A program made the translations under genes and the position numbers. DNA of 64,000 bases from an uncultured bacterium (GTDB taxonomy: Bacteria > Oederibacteriota > JAAXVQ01 > JAUVAV01): the NCBI GenBank assembly GCA_963710755.1, contig CAVQBK010000002.1, positions 128,001 to 192,000 on the forward strand, read 5' to 3'. Below are positions 1 to 9,739 of this stretch, in pieces. How positions within the stretch are numbered: the stretch's first letter is position 1; each line of letters starts with the position of its first letter. The notes under the pieces are model-generated. The model saw only the letters and a list, made by a program, of their open reading frames with translations, did not search any database and had not been told where the DNA came from.

Positions 1-1735
1 AAAACATATGTTCCGTACGGCAAAGACCAATACCTTCGGCGCCAAACCCACGGGCGCGTTCGGCATCACGGGGAATATCGGCATTGGCGCGGACCCGGAG
101 CTTGCGCACTTGATCCACCCAACCCATAAATTCGTCGAACTCAGCGGAGAATTCAGGATCCTTGGTAGGCACTTTGCCTTCAATCACCCTGCCGGTACCA
201 CCATCCAAGGTAATCCAATCACCTTCGTGAAAAACTTTACCGTTGGCTTCAAAAGCATTGCCTTCTTCATTGATGCGGATATCTTCGCAACCCGCCACGC
301 AGCATTTGCCCATCCCGCGGGCCACAACCGCCGCGTGCGACGTCATGCCGCCGCGAGCAGTTAAGATCCCTCGGGCGACTTCCATGCCGTGGATATCATC
401 AGGCGACGTTTCTTCACGAACCAGAATCACATCCTCATCTTTTTCCTCAGCCCAACGCACAGCCTCTTCCGCCGTGAAAACCACGCGGCCGGCACCTGCT
501 CCAGGAGAGGCCGCCAAGCCCTTGGCCACCACCGTGACACTGGCCTTGGGATCAATGATAGGATGGAGTAATTGATCCAATTGTGACGGTTCCACCCGTT
601 TAATGGCCTGTTCTTTGGTGATCAATTTTTCCTTCACCATTTCTACGGCAATGCGCACCGCTGCAGCAGCCGTCCTCTTGCCAGTCCTGGTCTGAAGCAT
701 GAAAAGTTTTCCCTTTTCAATGGTAAATTCGAAATCTTGAACATCGCGGTAATGTTTTTCCAATTTTTTGGTGATGGTGTGCAACTGTTTGAAGACATTG
801 GGCATTTCTTCTTCCAATTTGGCAATCGGCTGCGGGGTACGAACACCGGCAACCACATCTTCACCTTGAGCATTAGTAAGGTATTCCCCATAAAAGATAT
901 TTTCGCCAGTGGAAGGATTGCGGGTAAAACCCACACCCGTGCCGGAATCATAGCCCATGTTGCCAAAGACCATGGCTTGAATATTAACACCTGTACCCAG
1001 GTTACCAGGAATATCGTTCATTTTGCGGTAATAAATAGCGCGATCATTGTTCCAGGAGCGAAAGACGGCATCACGAGCCATAAACATTTGTTGCATGGGA
1101 TCTTGAGGGAAATCATGACCCGATTCATCGCGGGTTATTTTTTTGAAGACCATGATGAGATCCTTCAAATTTTCGGCCGTCAGATCGGTGTCCAGTTTAG
1201 CGCCCACTTCGGCTTTTTTGGCACTTAGGGCTTTCTCATAAACTTCTTTCTCGATTTCCAGAACCACGTTGCCGAACATTTGCAGAAAACGGCGGTAACT
1301 GTCATAGGCAAAACGGTCATTGCCCGTGGACGCCGCCAAGCCTTGGACAGTCACATCGTTAAGCCCAAGGTTTAAAATAGTATCCATCATACCGGGCATG
1401 GAAAATTTGGCGCCTGAACGAACGGAGAGAAGCAGCGGACTTTTCGGGTCGCCGAATTTTTTACCCATGGCTTTTTCAATCTTGACTAAGTTGGTCTTGA
1501 TTTCATCATTTAAGCCCGCAGGTACTTTGCGATTATTGGCATAATAGAGATTGCAGGTTTCCGTGGTGATGGTCATCCCCGGAGGAACCGGGACGCCAGC
1601 GTTGGTCATTTCCGCCAACCCCGCGCCTTTGCCGCCCAAGAGTTCCTTCATGTCACCATTGCCTTCAGCTTTCCCGTTACCGAAAAAATAAACAAATTTT
1701 TTCTTACTGGCTGCGCTTTTTACCTGTTTAGCCAT
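1..1735 (-). CDS. ppdK: pyruvate, phosphate dikinase (5' part; runs off the window start)
   Basis: Not in the ORF track. Manual translation from ATG at 1735 gives MAKQVKSAASKKKFVYFFGNGKAEGNGDMKELLGGKGAGLAEMTNAGVPVPPGMTITT, followed by LLLSVRSGAKFSMPGMMDTILNLG and GGMTSHAAVVARG (phospho-His motif). Purine-rich RBS upstream. Confidence 0.96.
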   Translation of the reverse strand, partial: MAKQVKSAASKKKFVYFFGNGKAEGNGDMKELLGGKGAGLAEMTNAGVPVPPGMTITTETCNLYYANNRKVPAGLNDEIKTNLVKIEKAMGKKFGDPKSPLLLSVRSGAKFSMPGMMDTILNLGLNDVTVQGLAASTGNDRFAYDSYRRFLQMFGNVVLEIEKEVYEKALSAKKAEVGAKLDTDLTAENLKDLIMVFKKITRDESGHDFPQDPMQQMFMARDAVFRSWNNDRAIYYRKMNDIPGNLGTGVNIQAMVFGNMGYDSGTGVGFTRNPSTGENIFYGEYLTNAQGEDVVAGVRTPQPIAKLEEEMPNVFKQLHTITKKLEKHYRDVQDFEFTIEKGKLFMLQTRTGKRTAAAAVRIAVEMVKEKLITKEQAIKRVEPSQLDQLLHPIIDPKASVTVVAKGLAASPGAGAGRVVFTAEEAVRWAEEKDEDVILVREETSPDDIHGMEVARGILTARGGMTSHAAVVARGMGKCCVAGCEDIRINEEGNAFEANGKVFHEGDWITLDGGTGRVIEGKVPTKDPEFSAEFDEFMGWVDQVRKLRVRANADIPRDAERARGFGAEGIGLCRTEHMF

Positions 1736-2021
1736 CCTATGATTTACCCCTTCCTTAAAATTAGTATTTTCCCTGTTGTAAAAACAGGAATGGTTGTTCC
1801 ATAAAGATGCGTCTTGATTGGTTGTAGGGAGCGAACTGTTCCGCTGCTGAGGATTACGTTTTGAGGCCTTACCTCTTTTGGTCTTCTTTAGGTTAATCTG
1901 GTCAGGCGCTAAAAGGCCACCATTGGGCGCCATTACCCCTGAAAATCGCGCAATTTTAACATGTGGACTCTATTCTATTCAAGTCTTTTTAGTTTATTTT
2001 TAGGCATCATGATTAATTGGT

Positions 2022-4118
2022 TCAGCCTTTGATCACCAGTTTGGAAAAATCGGCCAAAGACCAAATAACCACGGCTAAATTGGTTAGAAAATTCAGACGG
2101 TTGGTTCTGATTGCACGATCCTGATCCATGACCATGACCTGATCAAAATAACCATCAATAGCCGGTTTGAGCGCCGCCAAGGCAGCAAAACCAGAACGAT
2201 AGTCCGCTTGTGCTGCCATTTCTGCCACGGCTTGTCCCACGGTTTGATAGTGCTCATATAAGTCCTTTTCAATGGGCGCTTGAAAAAGATCGGGCGATAC
2301 CGGCAGCGGCTCTTGTTCGGGAGAAACCACCCGTCCAACACTTTTGGGCAGAATATTGACCACACGGGAAAAGGACACCACTGTCTCATTAAACGAATCA
2401 TTCTGTCTTATGGCCTGAAAAGCTTCGGCTTTCTGCACCACGGCGGTCATATCATCCCACCAAACCCCGAGCACTGCTTGAATGAGATCAGGCGGCAGTT
2501 GACGGTTGGCGAGCTCGGTTTCCAACCGTCCTTGAATGAAAGCTTTTAAACCCTCCAGTATTTCCAGGTGCTGCGGCTCAAATTGGCTAAAAGCTGCAAT
2601 AGCTGTGCTTAGCGCCTGACGCAGTGAATAATGATACCCAGCCTGCAAGGAAATAGCGATCAAGCCTTGCGCCGCGCGCCTCAGCGCATAAGGATCTTTG
2701 GTCCCAGTCGGTGCAAAGCCAGCACCCCAGCAGCCCACCAGATTATCCAAACGTTCAGCCAGGGCCAAGAGGCGACCGGCAGGGCTTTGCGGCAACTGAT
2801 CCACAGCCCCGCGGGGCAAATAATGTTCCTCGATGGCCAAGGCCACCTCCGGTCTTGCACCTTGCTTCAAAGCATAGTGTCCGCCCATATAACCTTGTAA
2901 CCCATTGTACTCTTTTTCCTGAATCATATTGGTAATCAGGTCGGCTTTACACAAATGGGCTGCGGCGACCGCATCAGCTTGACTGGAGGGTTCCAGTTGC
3001 TCCGCCAGGTAGGCGCTTAGTCTTTCCAAACGGTTGGTTTTATCCAACAAATGTCCCAGCCCTTTGATCCACAATACCCGGTCCAGTTGTGCCACCCGAT
3101 CCTCCAGGGGCACCTTCAGGTCTTCCTTATAAAAAAATTCTGCATCCTTAAGACGAGCTCGCAACACATTTTCACACCCTGGTTGCATGCGGCCGGCTTG
3201 GCCAAAGGGGTTGTCATGAATCATAATAAAGTTGGGCAACAGGCTGTTGTCCGCTTTTTCCATCGCAAAATAACGTTGGTGCTCGCGCATGGCCGTGGTG
3301 ATAATCTCTTTGGGCATAGCCATAAAAGAGGCGTCAATATGACCTACCACTGCGCCCGGCCATTCGGTCATTAGGCAGACCATTTCCAGCAACTCCTCAT
3401 CTTCCACCAGCGCGCCTTGCCATTGGGCCGCTTCCTGATGTAAAAGCTCTCGGATATGTTCTTTGCGTTTCTCGCTGGAGAGCAAGACATAGCTATGATC
3501 CATAGTCTCTAAATAATGTGCCCTATTGGCAATCGCATCCAAGGGGGCTGCCAACAAGGGATGACCTTGTGTGATCCTGCCTGCAAAGACATCCGCAAAA
3601 GCCACCGGCACCACCTCCTCCCCCAACAAGGCCAATAACCAGCGTACCGGTCTGGCAAACCTGTCCCCCGAAGCTTCCCAGCGCATCGATTTGGGAAAAG
3701 TAATTTGTTTAATGACCCCATTCAACAAGGGTGGCAGGAGCTCCAGGGTAGGCTGCCCCTTTTCTTCCACTTCGGCGTATAATCGTTCGTTTTTAATTTG
3801 CAGTTGAGAGAGGGCGAGTCCGGCCTTCTTACAAAACCCTTGACCTGCAGGGCTGAGTTGACCGTCGGCTTGAAAAGCAATAGTCTGTTTGGGACCTAAA
3901 ACTTCCTTGATGCGGTCTGGTTGTTGAACATCGAGCCCTCGGACCATGAGCACCAGACGTCTGGGCGTGGCCTCGGCGGTTATGCTTTCAAACCCCAAAC
4001 GGTGCTCGATCAGGGCTTTACCCAGATGGGCTTTCATCTGGGCCAAAGCCGGCCTGATATAGGTGACCGGAAGTTCTTCACAGCCAATTTCAAAAAGTAA
4101 GTCCTGTTTGTTCATCAC
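2022..4118 (-). CDS. glyS: glycyl-tRNA synthetase beta subunit
   Basis: LLFEIGCEELP N-terminus, TPRRL, FPKSMRW, F.RPVRW, DPYALRR, C-terminal NRLNFL; downstream of glyQ. Confidence 0.97.
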   Translation of the reverse strand: MMNKQDLLFEIGCEELPVTYIRPALAQMKAHLGKALIEHRLGFESITAEATPRRLVLMVRGLDVQQPDRIKEVLGPKQTIAFQADGQLSPAGQGFCKKAGLALSQLQIKNERLYAEVEEKGQPTLELLPPLLNGVIKQITFPKSMRWEASGDRFARPVRWLLALLGEEVVPVAFADVFAGRITQGHPLLAAPLDAIANRAHYLETMDHSYVLLSSEKRKEHIRELLHQEAAQWQGALVEDEELLEMVCLMTEWPGAVVGHIDASFMAMPKEIITTAMREHQRYFAMEKADNSLLPNFIMIHDNPFGQAGRMQPGCENVLRARLKDAEFFYKEDLKVPLEDRVAQLDRVLWIKGLGHLLDKTNRLERLSAYLAEQLEPSSQADAVAAAHLCKADLITNMIQEKEYNGLQGYMGGHYALKQGARPEVALAIEEHYLPRGAVDQLPQSPAGRLLALAERLDNLVGCWGAGFAPTGTKDPYALRRAAQGLIAISLQAGYHYSLRQALSTAIAAFSQFEPQHLEILEGLKAFIQGRLETELANRQLPPDLIQAVLGVWWDDMTAVVQKAEAFQAIRQNDSFNETVVSFSRVVNILPKSVGRVVSPEQEPLPVSPDLFQAPIEKDLYEHYQTVGQAVAEMAAQADYRSGFAALAALKPAIDGYFDQVMVMDQDRAIRTNRLNFLTNLAVVIWSLADFSKLVIKG

Positions 4119-4206
4119 TTTTTCCTCATGATCAGGTTATTTGGTTTGTGTCTCCAAAATCTACGTTTTTTGCGAAATAATTTCCTTAACTTCCAGCCTT
4201 GTGGAA

Positions 4207-4236
4207 GGTAGGAGCTCGAAATTTTTAGCTCTTACC
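4207..4236. repeat. GTAG-type REP-like palindrome, copy 1
   Basis: ggtaggagct-cgaaattttt-agctcttacc imperfect hairpin in the glyQ-glyS spacer; near-identical to 6170-6198. Confidence 0.6.
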
Positions 4237-4355
4237 CTTAAAGTAGATTACAAAGGAAGACAAACCATATTCCTATCTTTAACTTTGCATCCTTTACGGC
4301 TGCTTGTATCCGATATGGGTATGGATGCTAAATAGTAGTTATTCGGCAACAGAGC

Positions 4356-5234
4356 CTATTTATTTTTAAGCAGCGGATAGCCCAAGGCTTCACGATGATC
4401 AATGTAAGCCTGGGCACAACGCTTGGCTAGATTGCGAAGACGGGTAATATACCCCACTCTTTCGGTCACCGAGATGGCACCGCGGGCATCAAGAAGATTA
4501 AACAGGTGGGAACTTTTCACCAAATGGTCATAGGCCGGCAAGACTAATCCTGCTTCAATCAAACGCATAGTCTCGTTCTCCATACTGGCAAATCCCTGGA
4601 AGAGGACTTGGGGATCGGAGGCCTCAAAATTAAACCGCGACCATTGCACCTCATTGGCATGATACAAATCCCCATAACTAATGCCCTTGCCCCATTCAAT
4701 AGCAAACATGGAGTTGACCTGTTGGAGGAACATGGCGATCCGCTCCAGGCCATAGGTGATTTCCAAGGTGATGGGATTCAACTCCATGGAGCCCATTTGC
4801 TGAAAATAGGTAAACTGGGTAATCTCCAGTCCATCCAGCCATACCTGCCATCCCAAACCGCCAGCACCCAGAGTGGGCGATTCCCAATCATCTTCAGTGA
4901 AACGAATGTCATGGTCTTCAATGGCCAATCCCAAAGCCTTCAAACTGGCCCGATACAACGCCTGACTATTGGAAGGTGCTGGTTTCATAATCACTTGAAA
5001 CTGAAAATAGTGTTGGCCACGATTAGGATTGTCGCCATAGCGCCCATCCTTAGGACGCCGACAGGGTTCCACATTGGCCGACGCCCATGGTTCCGGCCCC
5101 AATACCCGCAAAAAGGTCGCCGGGTTGAAGGTGGATGCCCCTTTTTCCAAATCATAAGGCTGAACCACCAAGCATCCTTGTTCGGCCCAAAAGTGTTGTA
5201 ACGTTTGAATAATATCCTGAAATGTCATGCCCAC
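4356..5234 (-). CDS. glyQ: glycyl-tRNA synthetase alpha subunit
   Basis: [47 protein letters not shown]. Confidence 0.98.
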   Translation of the reverse strand: MGMTFQDIIQTLQHFWAEQGCLVVQPYDLEKGASTFNPATFLRVLGPEPWASANVEPCRRPKDGRYGDNPNRGQHYFQFQVIMKPAPSNSQALYRASLKALGLAIEDHDIRFTEDDWESPTLGAGGLGWQVWLDGLEITQFTYFQQMGSMELNPITLEITYGLERIAMFLQQVNSMFAIEWGKGISYGDLYHANEVQWSRFNFEASDPQVLFQGFASMENETMRLIEAGLVLPAYDHLVKSSHLFNLLDARGAISVTERVGYITRLRNLAKRCAQAYIDHREALGYPLLKNK

Positions 5235-5237
5235 TCC

Positions 5238-5993
5238 TCACACCAGCAAGGTCGTCAATTTATCCACCGCCGTCTTGAAGCCGTCGCTTTTTAACGGCCT
5301 GCCCAAATGATAATAAATGACCTTATCCAAAATAGCTCGAATTTCCTTTTCCATGCGGGGTTGAATCTGCACTCTATTAAAATGAAGGGGATTCATGGTG
5401 GTCAATTTTTTCATTAACCGTCTCGCCCCCAGGGAAACCCATGTCGACCCATGGGGACTGCAATTATGGCAGACCAAACCGCCGGCTTCAAGGTCAAATG
5501 ACATCTTTTCATCTTCGGCTTTACATTGATAGCAAGCATCCAGATTCAGCCCAAATCCCAATTGTTGCCAAAAACAGAGCTCAAACCAAATGGCCAACTG
5601 CCGGGAAGGCACTCCCGCTTCGAGCAGTGCCAAGCTCTGAGTGACAAGCTGAAAAAGTTCCGGCAGGGGTTGATGATCCTGCGTGACGCTGTCCACCAGT
5701 TCCGTGATCCGGCTGGCTTGAGCCAAGGCTTCCAGGTTTTTTTTCAGACGGGGATAAGCCGTGGTGACTTGGGCTTGAATAATGCGGACCAAGGCCTGAT
5801 GCTCGCGGCCATAAAATTGCACATCCGCCAGGGTCAGTAAATTAAGACAGCCGGCTAATTTACTTTTACTTTTTCTTACCCCTTTGGCCACAGCCCGGCG
5901 TTTACCGGTCTCTTTCGTAAACAGAACTAAAAGACGGTCTGCCTCTGCATAATCATAACTTCTTAATATCAATGAAGAGGATCGGAAATACAC
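5238..5993 (-). CDS. recO: DNA repair protein RecO
   Basis: LRSYDYAEADRLLVLFTKETGK..AVAKGVRK, Zn finger CYQC...CHNC. Start reassigned to GTG 5993 after AAGGAAGG (251 aa). Confidence 0.93.
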   Translation of the reverse strand: MYFRSSSLILRSYDYAEADRLLVLFTKETGKRRAVAKGVRKSKSKLAGCLNLLTLADVQFYGREHQALVRIIQAQVTTAYPRLKKNLEALAQASRITELVDSVTQDHQPLPELFQLVTQSLALLEAGVPSRQLAIWFELCFWQQLGFGLNLDACYQCKAEDEKMSFDLEAGGLVCHNCSPHGSTWVSLGARRLMKKLTTMNPLHFNRVQIQPRMEKEIRAILDKVIYYHLGRPLKSDGFKTAVDKLTTLLV

Positions 5994-6094
5994 GCGAACG
6001 CCTTCCTTAACCTGCCTGGTAAAGACATAGGGTTGACCATGGTCTGCCTTTGGGGAAGCAATCTGTCGGCTTGACAACCTGAGCTTTGCTTAAA

Positions 6095-6134
6095 AAACAA
6101 AATACCGGGCAGCTTGCTGCGCGGTATTTTGTTT
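6095..6134. other. inverted repeat / hairpin upstream of recO
   Basis: aaacaaaataccg ... cggtattttgttt, 13-bp arms; could be a terminator on either strand. Confidence 0.5.
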
Positions 6135-6169
6135 CGAAAGAATGAAGATGATCATTTTTTCACCCTGTA

Positions 6170-6198
6170 GGTAGGGGCTCAAAATTTTTAGCCCGTCT
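6170..6198. repeat. GTAG-type REP-like palindrome, copy 2
   Basis: ggtaggggct-caaaattttt-agcccgtct, matching copy 1 at 4207-4236. Confidence 0.55.
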
Positions 6199-6221
6199 CT
6201 GAGGGTTCATGTTCGCGAAAC

Positions 6222-6255
6222 AAAAACCACGCCCTCGGACAAGAGCGTGGTTTTT
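6222..6255 (-). terminator. intrinsic terminator after YIP1 gene (bidirectional shape)
   Basis: aaaaaccacgc-cctcggacaaga-gcgtggttttt hairpin with A/T tracts on both sides. Confidence 0.7.
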
Positions 6256-6293
6256 ACCTCATGAAAAGTTTAAAATAGCTCAACCAGCAAACC

Positions 6294-6821
6294 TCAGCCC
6301 GCTGGCGGTACATAACCGGTGATGCCAATCCCAATAACGGCCAGAAGAATGACGATCACAAATACAATAACCATTGAAAGGGCTACTGCAATAATCGCTT
6401 TGCCAGTGGTAAGTTTATGAACTTCTTTAATTCCCAAATAAGTAAGGAACAAGCCATAGAGGGAGCCGAGTATGGACACAATGGGAATCCAGCCAATCAA
6501 ATTAACAATGTTGGCATAAGCTGCTACTCGCAGGGTGGCTTCATAACTACCTTGCCCCCCTACAATTTTGCTGCACAACAATAGAAGCAATGCCGCCAGG
6601 AACAAACTGATGACGATCGCTAAAGGCGCAAAAATAATGGCCAAAAATCCTACACCCAAAGTTATAACCGTCAGGCCGATGCCCATCACCACAGCCGTAA
6701 TGACCGCAAAAATCAGTGGATCTTTATACCCACCGGTTGTCGGCATTTCTTTGAAGAAATCGAAAGGTTTAACAATGATATTTTTTGCTGTAGCTACATA
6801 ATCTTGAATAAATCCTGCCAT
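6294..6821 (-). CDS. YIP1-family membrane protein
   Basis: P..FF..MP..GGYKDPLIFA, GG.GSYEATLRV.AY, GI.EVH.L..GKA; five hydrophobic segments. Confidence 0.8.
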   Translation of the reverse strand: MAGFIQDYVATAKNIIVKPFDFFKEMPTTGGYKDPLIFAVITAVVMGIGLTVITLGVGFLAIIFAPLAIVISLFLAALLLLLCSKIVGGQGSYEATLRVAAYANIVNLIGWIPIVSILGSLYGLFLTYLGIKEVHKLTTGKAIIAVALSMVIVFVIVILLAVIGIGITGYVPPAG

Positions 6822-6863
6822 TAGTTGCCCCCTATGCTTGTAATGAACACTAGATTTTAAATA

Positions 6864-6892
6864 AGTTTAGTTGCTTTTTTTGGCAAAGTCAA
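6864..6892 (-). promoter_or_regulatory. sigma70-type promoter of YIP1 gene
   Basis: Minus strand TTGACT-17 nt-TAAACT. Confidence 0.55.
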
Positions 6893-7012
6893 GATTTTTT
6901 TTAAAAAAGGCTTATGAATTAAGCATTTTTGGAAGGTATCCCCTCTTGCAAATCACTCGCGGCCAGCAGTAGATTCTTTAAATAAACAGTTGTCGCTTCC
7001 TCCCCGCATTAA

Positions 7013-7199
7013 GAGACTGTGTCATAATGGGTTTTATCGTCATAACGTCGCAGGCAAAAGTCGAAGATCCAGCGCCTTTATTTTAAAAGCTTTTCTGGAG
7101 ACCGTTTCAGGGATGGACATGAGATGAATGTTAGTATTGCAAAGCACTTTAAGAACATAATGGGATGACGAGAACAAAATCCAATTGCGACAAAGTCTT
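7013..7199. mobile_element. degenerate MITE-like element
   Basis: Imperfect terminal inverted repeats: gagactgtgtcataatggg vs reverse complement aagactttgtcgcaattgg. Internal gtcat...ccag / ctgg...atgac symmetry; no ORF. Confidence 0.5.
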
Positions 7200-7227
7200 T
7201 AAAATGCGAGAAATTGCCTAAGACATA

Positions 7228-8523
7228 TTAAATGGTCTTTTCCTGATCGGGGTTCTTCAAGCGTTGGAGCTGGATACGGTCTACCTTTCTGGAACTGGCA
7301 GCCAAGACCGTAAATTTCAAGTCATCCTCAATAATTTCCTCTCCCTTAGTGGGCAAATGCCCCAATAGATGGATAAGGTAGCCACCGATGGTATTCAAGT
7401 CCTTCATATCTGGAATCGCCGTTTCCAAGGCTTCATTGATTTCCTTAACATCAGTCTGGGCATCCACCACCCAGGTATAAGGCCCCAATTGGTCTATCCG
7501 TTTTTCCTCAATATCATATTCATCCCTGATTTCACCGACAATTTCTTCGATCAAATCCTCCAAAGTCACCAGCCCGGAAGTGCCTCCATATTCATCCACC
7601 ACGATAGCCAAATGCAGTTTGCCGCGCTGAAATTCGTGGAGCAACTCATCGATCTTTTTGGTCTCCGGTATAAAATAGGGCTGGCGCAAAATATCTTCCA
7701 GAACGATCAGTTCGCGGTTTTGCAATATAGAGATAATATCCTTGGTGTAGATCACACCGATAATGTTGTCGACACTTTCCCGGTAAACGGGCATGCGTGA
7801 ATACCCGGTTTGAATAATCAGGTCGATGATTTCTTCCATCTTGTCGCGGGCATTAATGCATTCCATTTCCGTCCGGGGTATCATCACTTCCCGGACCTGC
7901 GTTTCACCCAATTGGATCACACCATGAATCATCTGATGTTCTTGATCTTCAATGATCCCTTCGTCCGCGCCAATTTGGATCAGGGCATGAATTTCCTCTT
8001 CTGTGATCATAGGGACCGCACCTTTGGCTTGTAAACCAAAGGGCTTTAGCAGAAGGTTGGATACAGCCACCAGAATCCGGCTGAGAGGCCGTAAAATTTT
8101 TTCCAGGAACACCAGCGGCTGGATGAGCGCCAGTGAGATGTTTTCAGATTTATGGATAGCTAAAATTTTGGGCGTGACTTCTCCGAATACGATAATTATG
8201 ATGGTCACCACTGCCGCAACCAAAGCCCCCATCTGAGCCCGGTTAAAGTTAAGGGTCTCCGCTAAATGGAAGGCAAAAAAAGTGGCTACGGTCGTGGCCG
8301 TAATATTAATGGCATTATTCAAAATTAAAATTGTAGTCAGCACACGGTTGGGATTATCGCGCCATACTTCCAAGGCCTTGGCCTTGGCGCCCCCACGGTC
8401 GATGGCCCGGGCCAGTCGGGATCGGCCCAAACCCATCAGGGCGGTTTCGCTACTGGAAAATAACCCGGAAAGGAAAAATAGAAAAATCAAACTCAAAGCT
8501 TCCATAACCACAACGTTGTCCAC
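7228..8523 (-). CDS. HlyC/CorC (CNNM-CBS-CorC) hemolysin-family membrane protein
   Basis: FS.SETAL, VFGEVTPK, VMIPR, YSRMPVY, AIVVDEYGGTSGLVTLEDLIEEIVGEIRDEYD. Confidence 0.93.
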   Translation of the reverse strand: MDNVVVMEALSLIFLFFLSGLFSSSETALMGLGRSRLARAIDRGGAKAKALEVWRDNPNRVLTTILILNNAINITATTVATFFAFHLAETLNFNRAQMGALVAAVVTIIIIVFGEVTPKILAIHKSENISLALIQPLVFLEKILRPLSRILVAVSNLLLKPFGLQAKGAVPMITEEEIHALIQIGADEGIIEDQEHQMIHGVIQLGETQVREVMIPRTEMECINARDKMEEIIDLIIQTGYSRMPVYRESVDNIIGVIYTKDIISILQNRELIVLEDILRQPYFIPETKKIDELLHEFQRGKLHLAIVVDEYGGTSGLVTLEDLIEEIVGEIRDEYDIEEKRIDQLGPYTWVVDAQTDVKEINEALETAIPDMKDLNTIGGYLIHLLGHLPTKGEEIIEDDLKFTVLAASSRKVDRIQLQRLKNPDQEKTI

Positions 8524-8532
8524 TACAGCTCC

Positions 8533-9033
8533 TTACCTTGACTCAGAAAATGATTTTTGTGCTGGCTTGGACGACCTTATCTTGGGGACGTGTCGGCAGG
8601 CGTTTAGAAGTACTGTTTGTTGCGTCTCCATGCGCTTTTTCTCCAATAAGGACGCATGATCATAGCCGATAAGATGTAACAAGCCGTGACTGATAATAAA
8701 CACCAATTCCTCTTCCCAAGAGACACTGCGTTCTTGGGCTTGCTTTAAAATATGGTCCATCGATATCACCAAATCACCGAGCAATTCTCGATGAGGCGGC
8801 AAAGGATCTTCGGGATGACGATGTTCCCGCATGCCGAAAGAAAGGATATCCGTAGCTTTAGCCTCGTGCCGGTAGCGCTGATTCAATGCTTTAATTGTTT
8901 GGTCATCAGTAAACATAATGGAGACTTCAGCTTTTTCCAGCTTGAGCATTTTCAAGCAACAGTGGACAAATTTTTTAATAGCTGTAAGATTTAATTTGGG
9001 ATTATCTGTTTGATTGGTGATTAAAACTGCCAT
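8533..9033 (-). CDS. ybeY: rRNA maturation RNase YbeY
   Basis: LNQRYR...ATDILSF, LGDLVIS, HGLLHLIGYDH metal motif; start reassigned to ATG 9033 after AAAGGA. Confidence 0.95.
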   Translation of the reverse strand: MAVLITNQTDNPKLNLTAIKKFVHCCLKMLKLEKAEVSIMFTDDQTIKALNQRYRHEAKATDILSFGMREHRHPEDPLPPHRELLGDLVISMDHILKQAQERSVSWEEELVFIISHGLLHLIGYDHASLLEKKRMETQQTVLLNACRHVPKIRSSKPAQKSFSESR

Positions 9034-9209
9034 GATTTGTTCCTTTGAAACATAGGCAGTAGTTGCAAAGACTGGAGGTAAGAGCAACCGAACATGACAG
9101 GACGATCAGGACATGTAGAGGCGTTGTTTGGACCGCCCGATGAAAAGAAATAATCTTCAGATATTGATTTCATAGAAACGAAAAGGATCACACCTCGGTT
9201 CTGCAAATT

Positions 9210-9238
9210 AAAAAGGGACCTCTTTTCAGAGGTCCCTT
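9210..9238 (-). terminator. intrinsic terminator after LysM gene
   Basis: aaaaagggacctct-tttc-agaggtccctt hairpin with U-tract on the minus strand. Confidence 0.8.
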
Positions 9239-9250
9239 AATACGCGTCAA

Positions 9251-9673
9251 TTAATACTCGATTGGCAACTGTCTACGCGGTTTTTTGTGACGAACATAAC
9301 GTGGCGTCTTTTTGGCGTTCTCGATGGCCATTTCGACTTCTTCAGGAGTAAATTCACGTGAAATCACCAGATCTTGATCCACTTGGATAATATCAGGATC
9401 TTCGATCTGATCGCGGTTGGCTTTGAAAATCAATGGCCACTGGAAATTATCGCCATAGATATCCGCCATCCCTGAAATGCCCCATAATGTGTCCCCAGGA
9501 ACGACTACATAACGCTGCATTTCCGGAGTTGGTTCCGGAGTTGGTTCCGGTACAACAGCCATAGGGGTCGGTTCCGGCACCACTTCTTTTTTACCGCCGC
9601 AACCAACAGTCACCATAAGTCCGCAGACCAAAACAAATGCCATTGTTGTCTTCATTGTTGCTTGGATTTTCAT
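9251..9673 (-). CDS. LysM peptidoglycan-binding lipoprotein
   Basis: Lipobox-like VTVGC, PEPT repeat linker (12-bp tandem repeats near 9520-9550), LysM YVVVPGDTLWGIS...W.LIFKANRDQIEDPDII. Start ATG 9673 after GGAGGTG. Confidence 0.88.
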   Translation of the reverse strand: MKIQATMKTTMAFVLVCGLMVTVGCGGKKEVVPEPTPMAVVPEPTPEPTPEMQRYVVVPGDTLWGISGMADIYGDNFQWPLIFKANRDQIEDPDIIQVDQDLVISREFTPEEVEMAIENAKKTPRYVRHKKPRRQLPIEY

Positions 9674-9739
9674 TAATTCACCTCCTTCCAAATTAGGGTG
9701 GTTTTTAGTGGGAACCACCCGTCGGCATAGCCTAACCCT

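Noticed and set aside
8-1544. Several short ORFs in the track
   Set aside because: All overlap the real ppdK frame, which the track missed because it runs off the window.
9520-9580. Short direct repeats that could suggest CRISPR
   Set aside because: 12-bp coding repeats of the PEPT linker in the LysM protein; no spacers or cas genes anywhere in the window.
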